From NCBI GenBank assembly GCA_963677815.1, contig OY782499.1, forward strand, positions 54,828 through 118,827: a stretch of 64,000 nucleotides of DNA, given 5' to 3'. The position numbers and the translations under genes were made by a program. This document shows positions 37,241 through 47,346 of this stretch, one piece after another. The number at the start of each line of letters is the position of its first letter. Position 1 is the stretch's first letter. The notes under the pieces are model-generated. The model was not told where the DNA came from, did not search any database, and worked only from the letters and a program-made list of their open reading frames with translations. This DNA comes from Candidatus Cloacimonadales bacterium. Lineage in GTDB: Bacteria > Cloacimonadota > Cloacimonadia > Cloacimonadales > JAFGVF01.

Positions 37241-39253
37241 TTATTTAAGTAATAAAACTTTTCTAACATCTCTTAAATTTTCACTTTCAAGCACCATGTA
37301 ATATACGCCAGAAGAGACTCTTTTACCATTTAAGTCTTGTCCATCCCATTTAACATTAGCATTAGAACCTGCTTTAGCTGATGATGAAAGTTCTTTAACG
37401 AGTTGACCTTTAAGATTATAGATTTTAACAGATTGATTATGAGATTTACTTCTAAACTTTATACTTAAAGAGTCGTTAAAAGGATTTGGATAAATAGAAG
37501 TAAAACCATAAGCTTGTCCAACTTCATGATTATCATTTGAAACGATAATATTTAGTGAATAAAGTGGAGTTGTGCTTGTTAAATTATCTGTATCTTGAGC
37601 TTCAATTCTATATGAAATAGAGTCATTAACTTCATTGTCATTAATGTTCCAGTCAAGACTATAAGTATCCTCATCAATATTATTGAATAAGACAGAAGTT
37701 GAATCATCCTCAACATAATACCAGAGAGTTACACTTGAGATATTATCTTCAGGATCGGTAACTGTACAAGTTAGTTCTAAAGGTAATTGATTAGTTTGAA
37801 CACTTAGTACTGGATCAAATTCTATGAGGGGTGGATGAAGCTGATTTGATTCAGCAACATAAACAAATTCAAATGGGTCTGCAGCACCTATAAATGGATA
37901 ATCTTCTGACTTACCAGCTTGGTCAGCAGAATGAAGATAATACTGAATTACTTGATTAGTTTCAAAAGGACCAATTTCAGCAGTCCATAAATTATTATCT
38001 CCTGCTTGAAGATTTGTAGAAAGCCAGTCTTGATTTCCAGAAACACGGTAGTAAACAAGTGTTGAATCAGCATAGATATCTTGTCCACTAAGAGCAAGAA
38101 TAGTCGCTTCAATAGAGACTAGTTCTTCATCTACATTTCCAAAGCGAGGGTAATGTTGGATTGATAGCATTTCTCTATCTGGTATTTCGTGCGTTCTACA
38201 ATGCAAGGCATCAGTAGATTCCCAAGGATAATAAGTATTATTAGTAACGCCAAATATTCTATAGCCAGGCATAGCATTTTCATATACTTCTAAAGCCTCA
38301 TCATCCCAAGAAGAACCAGTTTGAGGAACAAATACTCTATCATTAAGGATAAGTGAATTTGTATAAGGTTGATTATTAGGAGTATAAACCCTAATAACTT
38401 GGTAAGGATAACCCCATGAACAGTTGGTAGTTGCAAAGTAGTTTGCTACATCTTCAATTTCATCATACTGAGCATGTGAGCTTGGAACTTCTCTGATTAA
38501 GACTTTATCTACATCAAGGAATTTTCCCCAGCAATCAATGTGGTCAATATAAGTATTATTAGGGTCTTGAATTACCATATAGTTAGTAATACCCATGTAC
38601 TGTTCCATAGTAGTATTTACTAAGTTTTCGTTATTGCCATTTTCTGTATAAGCAATATGAGAAGCTGCTGCAATTCCATAACCATCAGTCATGAAATTAC
38701 CACCAGTTTGTTCAATATTCATAGCATAGTAAGGGTAATCATATTCTTGGGCAAAAGCTTGTGGGAATAAGTTATCATAAGGTCTTGGTCGATTATATTC
38801 AAAGTCTAACACACTCATTTGGTTGTTACCATTTACTACAAACCAAGAAGTGAAGTCACGAGTCCAATAAGAATCTGTGTCAGCAACAATATAAGATAGA
38901 TTGTCATTATTTACACCTGCAGCATCAAAGGCACTTTGAGCTTGATTTTGGTCCCAAGAGTCAGCTACAATGCATATTACAGGACTTTCCTGTGATAGAA
39001 GAGCAACAAAACTAGTAGGTATTCCTAAAGGATAACGGATTAGCACAGCTTGTGCAGGTTCAAATTCAGCTACAGCTCTCACAGGTGTAGCAGGTGGGTC
39101 TGTTGGATTAATTCTTTGGTTCAAGTATAGGTCAAGTTTAGCTTGGTCTGTCCAGACAAAATTGTCAATTGGAAGAATATCAGAAAAAACTTGGCTACAA
39201 ATTAATGTTAATAAAATCAATAACATATTTTTTGTTAATTTCATCATTGGCAT
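37241..39253 (-). CDS. Secreted agmatine/peptidylarginine deiminase-family enzyme (PAD_porph-like) with a T9SS C-terminal sorting domain
   Basis: Signal peptide; motifs WTRDF, GGNFMTDG, HIDCWGKF and ALHCRTHEIP (Cys nucleophile context); tail YPNPFNDSLSIKF...SGVYYMV. Confidence 0.75.
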   Translation of the reverse strand: MPMMKLTKNMLLILLTLICSQVFSDILPIDNFVWTDQAKLDLYLNQRINPTDPPATPVRAVAEFEPAQAVLIRYPLGIPTSFVALLSQESPVICIVADSWDQNQAQSAFDAAGVNNDNLSYIVADTDSYWTRDFTSWFVVNGNNQMSVLDFEYNRPRPYDNLFPQAFAQEYDYPYYAMNIEQTGGNFMTDGYGIAAASHIAYTENGNNENLVNTTMEQYMGITNYMVIQDPNNTYIDHIDCWGKFLDVDKVLIREVPSSHAQYDEIEDVANYFATTNCSWGYPYQVIRVYTPNNQPYTNSLILNDRVFVPQTGSSWDDEALEVYENAMPGYRIFGVTNNTYYPWESTDALHCRTHEIPDREMLSIQHYPRFGNVDEELVSIEATILALSGQDIYADSTLVYYRVSGNQDWLSTNLQAGDNNLWTAEIGPFETNQVIQYYLHSADQAGKSEDYPFIGAADPFEFVYVAESNQLHPPLIEFDPVLSVQTNQLPLELTCTVTDPEDNISSVTLWYYVEDDSTSVLFNNIDEDTYSLDWNINDNEVNDSISYRIEAQDTDNLTSTTPLYSLNIIVSNDNHEVGQAYGFTSIYPNPFNDSLSIKFRSKSHNQSVKIYNLKGQLVKELSSSAKAGSNANVKWDGQDLNGKRVSSGVYYMVLESENLRDVRKVLLLK

Positions 39254-39495
39254 GTCCTCTTATATAATAAATCACTTAATAGAAATAGGACAAACACATC
39301 CTCTTGAGTCCTATTATCTTTTACAGAACTAGTCTTAGAAGTAGGGCATAATGTCAAGAGTAAAATTCATTATTTCATTAAAATCATCCTAGAATTTTTA
39401 ATCATCGAGGACCCTCAATAATTCTTTTTCACTAATTGGGTTTGAGTATAAGTGTTTGTTGACCACATCCGCTGATTATAACTGGGAGAGGATAT

Positions 39496-39525
39496 ATGAA
39501 AAAGCCCCGTTTTCACGAGGCTTTT
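39496..39525 (-). terminator. Probable terminator after the S8 protease gene
   Basis: AAAAGCCCCG/CGAGGCTTTT stem with one mismatch, followed by T5 on the minus strand. Confidence 0.5.
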
Positions 39526-39575
39526 ATTAATTTTCATTTTTATCTTTTCATTATAAATGCTTGAAAAGCAAGACA

Positions 39576-42500
39576 CTATTTCATTAAAATCATCTTCTTT
39601 GTTGAAGAATATTTACCATTTCTCATTTTGTAGAAGTAAATTCCTGAAGAAACATTAGAATTGTTTTGGTCTTTACCATTCCAAACTATAGTATGTTTTC
39701 CTGAACTTTGTTTTTCATTAACTAAAGTTCTAACTTTTTGACCTTTTAAGTTATAGATTTCAAGGCTTACATGTCCAGCATCTTTAAGAGAATAAGAAAT
39801 AGTTGTTTCTGGGTTAAATGGGTTAGGGTAGTTACCTAAAAGTGCATTATTAACCTGAGGAACATCTAAGTCATTATTATCAGTCATAGCGTTGAACATA
39901 TCACCACTTCTACCAGGGTTACCTCTGTGCATAATCCAAGCAGAATAAGCAGGTCTTTTTAAATCAATAAGATTCATAGCAGTGATATTTGAAACAGCTA
40001 GATTAAGGTTTCCGTTACCATCAATATCCCCAAGAGCTGGAGCGAATTTCAAGTTATCATTAAAGTTAATTGGGAAGTTAGCAGCTTCACTACCATCAGC
40101 TTTGATAGCATGTAACCAGCCATTAACATCACCAAAGATAGCAGCTATACCATCTCCATCAAGATTTGCAAGAAGCATATTTCCTTCAATTGAAGTGTCT
40201 AAATCTAGAGGGAAGTTAGCAAGAGGGTCACCATTAGTATCAATAGCATAGAAGAAGCCATCGAAAGTAGTGAAAAGTATTTCTTTTGAGCCATCATCAT
40301 TGAAATCATAAGCAAGAACATCTTGTTTTATCATTTTGTTGATAGTGTGAGAGAATTCTTCAGTACCATCATGATTTACAGCTTTAATAATACCTGTACC
40401 AGAGATAGTTGCTAATATTTCAGGATAGCCATCGTTATCTACATCAGCAATTACTGGAGCAGCTTCAGTTGTGTTACCGATAACAAAAGGGAAACCAGCT
40501 ATATTTTCTTGAGTTTGATAATCAATAGCTAAGAAATTACCAGAAATAGTTTGCAAGATAATTTCTTTTCTTCCGTTTTGATTCAAATCAGCTACAGCAG
40601 CATTGAACACAAAGTTACCTGTAAATTCAGCAGGATATCCAGCGTGTTCACTTCCGTCAGCGTTGAAAATGTGTAATTTACCATTCATAGTACAAACAAT
40701 AGCATCTTCAAGGCCATCACCATTAACATCAGCAATCATAGGAACTGCACGTGTGATTTGGTTATCAAGAGAGATAGGTCCAAAAAGAACAGAGCCATCG
40801 TTATTATAAGCAATAGCTTCTTTATTATTATTTACAACAAATAAGTTAGGATTTCCATCATTATTTAAGTCACCTGAAGCGATAGGTAAAACAATACCAG
40901 CGCTTGTAGCAACCGGGAAACCAGCAAGTTGTTGCATATTTTGATCAAGGGCATTAATATTGCCTTCAAGGTCACCAAAGATTACTTCGTCAGTTCCATT
41001 ACCATCTAAGTCAATAAAAATAGGTGTTGACTGTGCTTGACCAGTTAAAGAGAATGGCCAGTCAGGGTAATTTAGAGAAAGTGAAACTTGGAAAGGGATT
41101 TCCTTGTTATAAGGAATTTCTTGATCTTGATTAGCTTGAATGAATAAAGTGAAGTCGATTGGAGCAGTAGTAAGATCAGAAGCAGTAGAGAATTTGAAAG
41201 GAGCTTCATCATTCCAAACAAAGTTACCTGCAACGATATTACCAATAGTTGAAGTAGAATCTTCAATAACTACACCAGGCTGATCACATCTTAAAGTAAT
41301 TGTTGTGTTTTCAGCATTTGCCCATGAGATACCAGTTGATAAATCTTGGAAGTTAGTAAGTCTAACTTTTAAACTAACAGTTTCACCTGGATTAGGGATG
41401 CCATCGTTATCGCCATCAAACTCTGTTAGTTCTTGGTCAATAACTGTAATTTTTGGAACTAAGTCATATAAAGCTGCAGTATAAGCATTGATTCTTCCAC
41501 TACCTAACATTCCTTCATAACCTGAATTTATGTCATCAATATAATCTGCAGTAGATTCTAATCTTTGTCTTAAAGTTGTTGGAGTTAATTCTGGGTGAAT
41601 TGATTTAACAAGACCAGCAATACCTGCAACAATAGGAGAAGCCATTGAAGTACCTTGAGCAGAAGCCCAACCATTATTTTCAATTACAGTAGCCACGATA
41701 CCAACACCTGGAGCAGAGATATCAATAGGTTCACCGTAATCAGAGAAATCAGCTTTTTGGTCACTACTATTTGTAGCTGCAACATTGAGAGCATTAGGAC
41801 AGTCAGCAGGAGCATCAATATAGCCTGCTCCATGTAACTGGTTAGCATTACCAGCAGCAGCTACTACTAAAGAGCCATAGTTGAAAGCATAATTAATATA
41901 AGTGTTTGCATAATTTAAGTTATAAGCTTGGCCACCCCATGATGCATTAATAACATCAGCACCCATATCAGCAGCGTAAGTTATTTGTTGGTAGCCATTA
42001 GAGATACCTTCTGAGTTTGCATAGTTTGAAGCACCTTTACAATTGAGAAGTCTAGCATTGAAAGCAGGTCCAACAGTTCCTATTCCATTATCACCTTCTG
42101 CACTTGCACAACCAGCAACATGAGTACCATGATAGTTATGTGCCCAGTCTTGCATTGGATTATTATCATTAGCGAAGAAGTCCCAACCCATCAAATCATC
42201 AGTTTTACCGTTATAATCATCATCAGCACCGTTACCAGTGAAAGTACCATTATCCCAGTTGATATTTGCACCTGCTGATTCGTCAGGATTAATCCAGATG
42301 TTTTCTTTTAAATCAGGATGATTCCATTTGATACCTGAGTCAGTAATAGCGATTAAGATTTCTGAAGAATCTCTAACAAAGTCCCATACTTCATCTGTTT
42401 CAGTTTTTATGATGTACCATAATTGACTAAACATAGCGTCGTTTGGAGTATATTTGCTATAATTAATAGTAACATAGTCAGCCCATAGAACATGTTCATT

Positions 42501-42854
42501 TTTTCTAATTGTGTCGAGAGCTTGTTCTAATCTGTTGTTATCTTTGATAGTAATTTTGTAAAGACATTGGATATAAGTTCCATTATCGTTAAAATCTTTA
42601 TGTTTGATATCTGGGTTATCTTGTTTAATTTCTACAACTTCAAAATCTTTTGCAAAATCATTAAATGATTGCATGTGAGTTTGAACAATCCCATCTTCAT
42701 AAGTAACTTCGATTGTGCCATCCATGTTTCCAATTGATTCCATCTTGAAACTTACCATTATGTTATTATCTTCAAAGACATCTTCAATAAATTTGTCTGC
42801 AGATAATGTAAAAAAAGCGGTAAGAATCGTAAGTAAAATAATCACTTTCTTCAT
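39576..42854 (-). CDS. Secreted S8 subtilisin-like serine protease with FG-GAP/VCBS-like repeats and a T9SS C-terminal sorting domain (1092 aa)
   Basis: Triad contexts ITDSGI, HGTHVAG and GTSMASP; repeated D.DGDG/DLNNDG calcium-loop units; tail YPNPFNPETTISY...SGIYFYKM. Confidence 0.85.
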   Translation of the reverse strand: MKKVIILLTILTAFFTLSADKFIEDVFEDNNIMVSFKMESIGNMDGTIEVTYEDGIVQTHMQSFNDFAKDFEVVEIKQDNPDIKHKDFNDNGTYIQCLYKITIKDNNRLEQALDTIRKNEHVLWADYVTINYSKYTPNDAMFSQLWYIIKTETDEVWDFVRDSSEILIAITDSGIKWNHPDLKENIWINPDESAGANINWDNGTFTGNGADDDYNGKTDDLMGWDFFANDNNPMQDWAHNYHGTHVAGCASAEGDNGIGTVGPAFNARLLNCKGASNYANSEGISNGYQQITYAADMGADVINASWGGQAYNLNYANTYINYAFNYGSLVVAAAGNANQLHGAGYIDAPADCPNALNVAATNSSDQKADFSDYGEPIDISAPGVGIVATVIENNGWASAQGTSMASPIVAGIAGLVKSIHPELTPTTLRQRLESTADYIDDINSGYEGMLGSGRINAYTAALYDLVPKITVIDQELTEFDGDNDGIPNPGETVSLKVRLTNFQDLSTGISWANAENTTITLRCDQPGVVIEDSTSTIGNIVAGNFVWNDEAPFKFSTASDLTTAPIDFTLFIQANQDQEIPYNKEIPFQVSLSLNYPDWPFSLTGQAQSTPIFIDLDGNGTDEVIFGDLEGNINALDQNMQQLAGFPVATSAGIVLPIASGDLNNDGNPNLFVVNNNKEAIAYNNDGSVLFGPISLDNQITRAVPMIADVNGDGLEDAIVCTMNGKLHIFNADGSEHAGYPAEFTGNFVFNAAVADLNQNGRKEIILQTISGNFLAIDYQTQENIAGFPFVIGNTTEAAPVIADVDNDGYPEILATISGTGIIKAVNHDGTEEFSHTINKMIKQDVLAYDFNDDGSKEILFTTFDGFFYAIDTNGDPLANFPLDLDTSIEGNMLLANLDGDGIAAIFGDVNGWLHAIKADGSEAANFPINFNDNLKFAPALGDIDGNGNLNLAVSNITAMNLIDLKRPAYSAWIMHRGNPGRSGDMFNAMTDNNDLDVPQVNNALLGNYPNPFNPETTISYSLKDAGHVSLEIYNLKGQKVRTLVNEKQSSGKHTIVWNGKDQNNSNVSSGIYFYKMRNGKYSSTKKMILMK

Positions 42855-43149
42855 ATTTTCTCCTCTATATAAATTATAAACATTCCTCTAGTTTCTTTAT
42901 AGCTATACAAAAAAATGTGCTATCTTGTGTCAAGCATAAAACTTATTAATCCTCATATACATAATAATATTGTTTTACAGGAAGTGAAATAAATTTTCTT
43001 GAAGTAAAGATTAATCTATTTTATTTGCATGAAATTGAAGTTAAAATACATAAGATTAATCTATTTTAATTCAAAAATTTGGTCTCTCCCAAATAGAATG
43101 GGAGTATTGGAGCGGAGAAAATCTCCACCAGCCGACAAGATACATATTC

Positions 43150-43207
43150 CTTGATTGTTAGTCTCTCAATAAAGTATTGGATACTCATAGAGACACTAAC
43201 AATCAAG
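43150..43207 (+). repeat. Conserved ~60-nt hairpin, copy 3 of 3
   Basis: CTTGATTGTTA-GTCTCT...AGAGAC-TAACAATCAAG. Lies about 10 nt downstream of the malQ stop, with no U-tract. Confidence 0.6.
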
Positions 43208-43219
43208 CAAGCATAAAGC

Positions 43220-44716
43220 CTATAAATTCCCTCTTTTGTAGCAATTTATGAGTCTTAATAAATCATTTTTATTAAGTTCAGTATAGTTTTTTTCTATTCT
43301 AATATCCCAATTACCTTTAGCAAATCCTGGTCTATTCATCCGAAATTCTTGGCCAAGATTTAGGATATCCTGGATTGGAATAATAGCAACAAGACATTTA
43401 GAGGAATAGACTAGTTCAATTAAATCATAAGCAAGAGAATCTTGATTCACAAGAATATCACTTTCTTTTCTAACTTCTCGTAAAATTTGGTATAGATTTT
43501 TCTTAATCGTATCATTATTACAAGCATACTCATTCCACCAAGCTCTTGAAGTATTATTATCATGAGTACCTGGATAGATAAAAGTGTTTTCTGATAAGGA
43601 GTTCATATCAAAATCCCAATCTTCTAAAGCGTATTGAGCAACTAGCATACCAGGGAAGTTAAACTCATTCTTGAGCTGGGTTACCTGAGCTGTAAGACTT
43701 CCCAAGTCCTCAGCAATGATATTAAGTTTAGGAATTGCTTTTTGTAAAGCCAGGAATATCTCCTTACCTGGTCCTTCTTTCCATGAGCCCTGTCTGGCAT
43801 CATTCAGATCAGCTGGGATAGACCAATAGCGAGAAAAACCTATAAAGTGATCTAGTCTTAATACATGGCATATTTCTAAGTTATATCTTACTCTTTCTAT
43901 CCACCACTTATAAGAATTCAGACTATTCTTTTCCCAGTCATAGAGGGGATTTTCCCAAATTTGTCCGTCAGCATTGAAGCCATCAGGAGGACAGCCAGAA
44001 ATATATTTTGCTTGCATATTTTCATCAAGTTGAAAGAGTTCTTTATTAGCCCAAACATCTGCTGAGTTATAAGAAACATAGATTGGGATATCACCAATTA
44101 TTTGAATTTTATTCTTAGTGGCATATTCTTTTAGACCTTGCCATTGTTTATAAAAGATGAATTGAACAAATTTATGGTAATCAATTTGCTTTTGGTAGCC
44201 ATTTATTAGCTTTTCTTTCTCTTGAGAACTAGGCTTTTGTTCATTCAGAGCCCAAGTGTTCCAGGCTGTTTTATTATTCTTTTCATAAAGAGTAATAAAA
44301 AGAGAATAATCATCAAGCCAATGGTACTTACAGAAGTCAAGATAAGCTTTATCATTAGGAGAGAACTCTTGGAAAGCCTTTCTTAAGAGTTTTTCCCTTT
44401 CCTGAATCATTGCAGGATAGTCGATTTTGTTCGTAAATCCTTTTAACTCAGATAAATCTTGATTACTAAGTAAACCATCTTCATAAAGTAAATCTGGAGA
44501 AATCAGTAATGGATTCCCCGCAAATGTACTTAAAGGTGAGTAAGGTGAATTTCCTTTTTCAGGAATAGTCAGTGGGAGTATTTGCCAATATGTTTGCTTT
44601 AATTCAGCTAAAAAATCAATAAATTCATAAGTTTCTTTACCAAAATCACCAATTCCATACTTGTTTGGAAGAGCAGTGGGATGAATTAGGAGACCACAAG
44701 ATCTATTAATATTCAT
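43220..44716 (-). CDS. malQ: 4-alpha-glucanotransferase (amylomaltase, GH77)
   Basis: GH77 pattern: LLHPTALP, RLDHFIGF, EDLG, GTHDN. Confidence 0.9.
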   Translation of the reverse strand: MNINRSCGLLIHPTALPNKYGIGDFGKETYEFIDFLAELKQTYWQILPLTIPEKGNSPYSPLSTFAGNPLLISPDLLYEDGLLSNQDLSELKGFTNKIDYPAMIQEREKLLRKAFQEFSPNDKAYLDFCKYHWLDDYSLFITLYEKNNKTAWNTWALNEQKPSSQEKEKLINGYQKQIDYHKFVQFIFYKQWQGLKEYATKNKIQIIGDIPIYVSYNSADVWANKELFQLDENMQAKYISGCPPDGFNADGQIWENPLYDWEKNSLNSYKWWIERVRYNLEICHVLRLDHFIGFSRYWSIPADLNDARQGSWKEGPGKEIFLALQKAIPKLNIIAEDLGSLTAQVTQLKNEFNFPGMLVAQYALEDWDFDMNSLSENTFIYPGTHDNNTSRAWWNEYACNNDTIKKNLYQILREVRKESDILVNQDSLAYDLIELVYSSKCLVAIIPIQDILNLGQEFRMNRPGFAKGNWDIRIEKNYTELNKNDLLRLINCYKRGNL

Positions 44717-45585
44717 TAAAGTCCTTTGTATTCATAAAGATAGAAGTCATTTTTCTGTTCCCAAGACTTAAAAGAAAATTTTGCAAGGCAGTCCACTCTT
44801 TCGTGGGTTGGAACAATTATACTGATAATATTTTGATTAGCCTCTTTTGCTTGGGAAATGAGCTTATTCATCATCAGAGGACAAAACTCTGCATGTGAAA
44901 AATCAAAGAAGGATAGGAAAATATTCTTATCACTATCTATTACTTCTACCGACATAGCCTGAATTTTATTATCTTTTATTAAAGCTATATGTTGAGATTT
45001 ATCGTATAAATTTTGCAGATAGCTATCATTTACATCATAAACCTTCCAACCTTCACATAAGAAGCCACTCATTTCAGAAAGAAAGTTAGATTTTAAAATA
45101 TAATTTTTAAAGTCTTGAAAAGAAACTTGATCAACAAATTCCTGAGTTACTTCAAGGTTTTCGGGAGGATTTTCAGTCAAATCTAAATCTAAATAAGACC
45201 ATTCTTTAATTCTAGCAAAACCAATTTTTTCATTAAGGGAAATTGATTCAATATTATCAAAATAGGTAGAAAATTTCAAGGACTGACATTCATTATCCAT
45301 AGCAATTTTTATTAGATAGTTCGCTATCTTTTTACCGACACCCTTTATGTTAAGTTTGTGATTCTTCCGAAGTCCTTCTAGCCAGTAATTACCATCTCCA
45401 TGGGAAGCTAGACGACCAAAACCTATGAGCAAATCATCATCAAAGAGACCTATAAAATAAGAATCAGAATCATTAATCCAGTCTTCATAAATATTAGGAA
45501 TATAGTCATCTCCATCCCAGATAGACTTACATATTTCTATAACTTGTTCTTTATCTTTTAATTCTAAAGGCCTAAACACTTCCAT
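44716..45585 (-). CDS. GNAT-family acetyltransferase (N-terminal GNAT plus a second GNAT-like half)
   Basis: IKGVGKKIANYL acetyl-CoA motif. Start/stop overlaps with both neighbours. Confidence 0.65.
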   Translation of the reverse strand: MEVFRPLELKDKEQVIEICKSIWDGDDYIPNIYEDWINDSDSYFIGLFDDDLLIGFGRLASHGDGNYWLEGLRKNHKLNIKGVGKKIANYLIKIAMDNECQSLKFSTYFDNIESISLNEKIGFARIKEWSYLDLDLTENPPENLEVTQEFVDQVSFQDFKNYILKSNFLSEMSGFLCEGWKVYDVNDSYLQNLYDKSQHIALIKDNKIQAMSVEVIDSDKNIFLSFFDFSHAEFCPLMMNKLISQAKEANQNIISIIVPTHERVDCLAKFSFKSWEQKNDFYLYEYKGL

Positions 45586-46517
45586 TAATTTCTTCTCCTC
45601 AAAATTGATATGAAAAATATCGAACCAATCAAGGTAGTTATAATGCCTACAGGAAGTTCTCCAAAAGGACTTACATGATAAGCAAGAAAATCACATAAGA
45701 GAAGAAAAGTTCCACCAATAAGCATATTAATAAAATAATTACTTCTCAAGTTATCGCCAAAAATCATTCTTACTATATGGGGTATTATCAGTCCAACAAA
45801 ACCAATAATACCAGAATAAGATGTTACAATGGCAATTAGGAGTGATGTTATGATAAAAATTTGCTTTCTCACTTTGGCAATATCCACCCCTAAAGAATGA
45901 GCAGTTATTTCGCCTGTCGCGATGATGTTTAAACTGTTTGATAAGAAGTAAAGATAAATCAAAAGGACTACTGTGACTAAGACTAAGCCTAAGAAAATAT
46001 ACCATTCTCTGTTGGTGAAAACATGATTTAATGAGCCCATTAAAGTAGCCATAATTATGGTAATTTGATTGGGGAAAAGATAAATATATAATGAAATTAT
46101 AGCTGAACAAATCATAGAAACTATTATACCTGATAAAACAAGTTTAACAGTATTTATGCTTGATGCTGTTTTAGCTATAACCCAGACCAGCGACATGGCT
46201 AATACTGCTCCTAAAAAACCAAAGAGGGGCATTAAATAAGTAAAGCCTAGAATATATGCAGTAATAGAAAAAAGAGCAGAACCTGAAGATGTACCAAGAA
46301 TATAGGGTTCAGCTAGGGGATTGTTTAATAACATCTGATAAATATTACCTACTGCTGCTAGGACAATTCCAGTGACAAGGGTTAAAACAAATCTAGGTAA
46401 TCTTATAGCTTGTAGAATCTCTAATGATGGTACTTTATAATAGAGATAAAGGAAAGAAACAGCTATAAAAAAAGCAGATAGACCTAATAATAATGGTAGC
46501 TTATTTGACTTGGTCAT
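45585..46517 (-). CDS. FecCD/BtuC-family ABC transporter permease
   Basis: About 9-10 TM helices with FecCD signatures (LGTSSGSAL, GIIGFVGLIIPHIVR). Confidence 0.85.
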   Translation of the reverse strand: MTKSNKLPLLLGLSAFFIAVSFLYLYYKVPSLEILQAIRLPRFVLTLVTGIVLAAVGNIYQMLLNNPLAEPYILGTSSGSALFSITAYILGFTYLMPLFGFLGAVLAMSLVWVIAKTASSINTVKLVLSGIIVSMICSAIISLYIYLFPNQITIIMATLMGSLNHVFTNREWYIFLGLVLVTVVLLIYLYFLSNSLNIIATGEITAHSLGVDIAKVRKQIFIITSLLIAIVTSYSGIIGFVGLIIPHIVRMIFGDNLRSNYFINMLIGGTFLLLCDFLAYHVSPFGELPVGIITTLIGSIFFISILRRRN

Positions 46518-47346
46518 ATTCTAAAAACCAGCTGTTAAATTTAGCTAGAGCTTGTGTTGACCTAGGAACAGTTCTAAAAACTGGATCAATGTCAATATCT
46601 TCAATAGTATAAATATTGTTGTTCTTGACTGCAGAGATATTCTGCCAGCCTTTCCTTGAGCTAACTTCATCTTTGCTAACGTAAGAAAGAGCAATAATTA
46701 CATCAGGATTAGCTTGAACAATCTCTTCATTTTTGGCTATAAAAAAGTCTTTATCTATATCACCAAAAATATTCTCTCCCCCAGCTTCTTTGATTAAATC
46801 TCCTATAAAAGATTTATCTGTTATTGTTCCTAGATTTGATGATATTTCGAAATATACTCTAGGTTTTCTTTGAGGTTGTTTAAGAGAATTAAGAACATCT
46901 TTAAACTCTTTTATTAAAGTTTCAGCTTCATTATTCTTATCTATTTTATTAGCTATCAATCTTACATTCTCATAATATTTTTCGATTGAGTTTGAATGAA
47001 TTTTAATTAGTTCTATTCCAAAAGGTTTAAGTTTATCAAAAAACTCTTGTTGTTCAAAAGCTGCAGTAAATATCATTTTAGGCTTTAATTCGATTACTCT
47101 TTCGAAATTAATAGAAGAAAAATCTCCCACAGACTCAATTTCCATCATTTGGGGCGGATAATCACAAAACTTAGTTCTACCCACCAGCAAATTTAAACCA
47201 CCTAATTCAGCTATGATTTCAGAAACTTCTGGGGAGGTCACAATAATTCCTTTAGCTTCCTTAACTTGAGAATTATTACAAGCAAAAAGAAGAACATAAG
47301 TAATAAATAGCAAAGTTAATACAATGATCTTATATATCTTTTTCAT
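46501..47346 (-). CDS. Class III (BtuF/TroA-like) periplasmic binding lipoprotein
   Basis: Start set at MKKIYK...LLFAC lipobox. Two-lobe PBP pattern. Confidence 0.75.
   Translation of the reverse strand: MKKIYKIIVLTLLFITYVLLFACNNSQVKEAKGIIVTSPEVSEIIAELGGLNLLVGRTKFCDYPPQMMEIESVGDFSSINFERVIELKPKMIFTAAFEQQEFFDKLKPFGIELIKIHSNSIEKYYENVRLIANKIDKNNEAETLIKEFKDVLNSLKQPQRKPRVYFEISSNLGTITDKSFIGDLIKEAGGENIFGDIDKDFFIAKNEEIVQANPDVIIALSYVSKDEVSSRKGWQNISAVKNNNIYTIEDIDIDPVFRTVPRSTQALAKFNSWFLEYDQVK

Noticed and set aside
39371-39388. 18-nt exact copy (TATTTCATTAAAATCATC) of the 3' end of the S8 gene (39577-39594), located in the deiminase upstream region.
   Set aside because: It is too short and low-complexity to call a gene fragment. 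The flanks do not extend the match and it has no coding potential. It may be a trace of an old duplication, but this cannot be supported.
39982-40251. Antisense or alternative-frame ORFs nested in long genes. Examples: 837-1055, 1224-1508, 20693-20965, 39982-40251, 40603-40809, 45751-46110, 48124-48372, 56788-57132, 58830-59159, 60840-61067 and 62847-63101.
   Set aside because: All lie wholly inside well-supported genes on the other strand or in another frame. They have no RBS and low-complexity translations.
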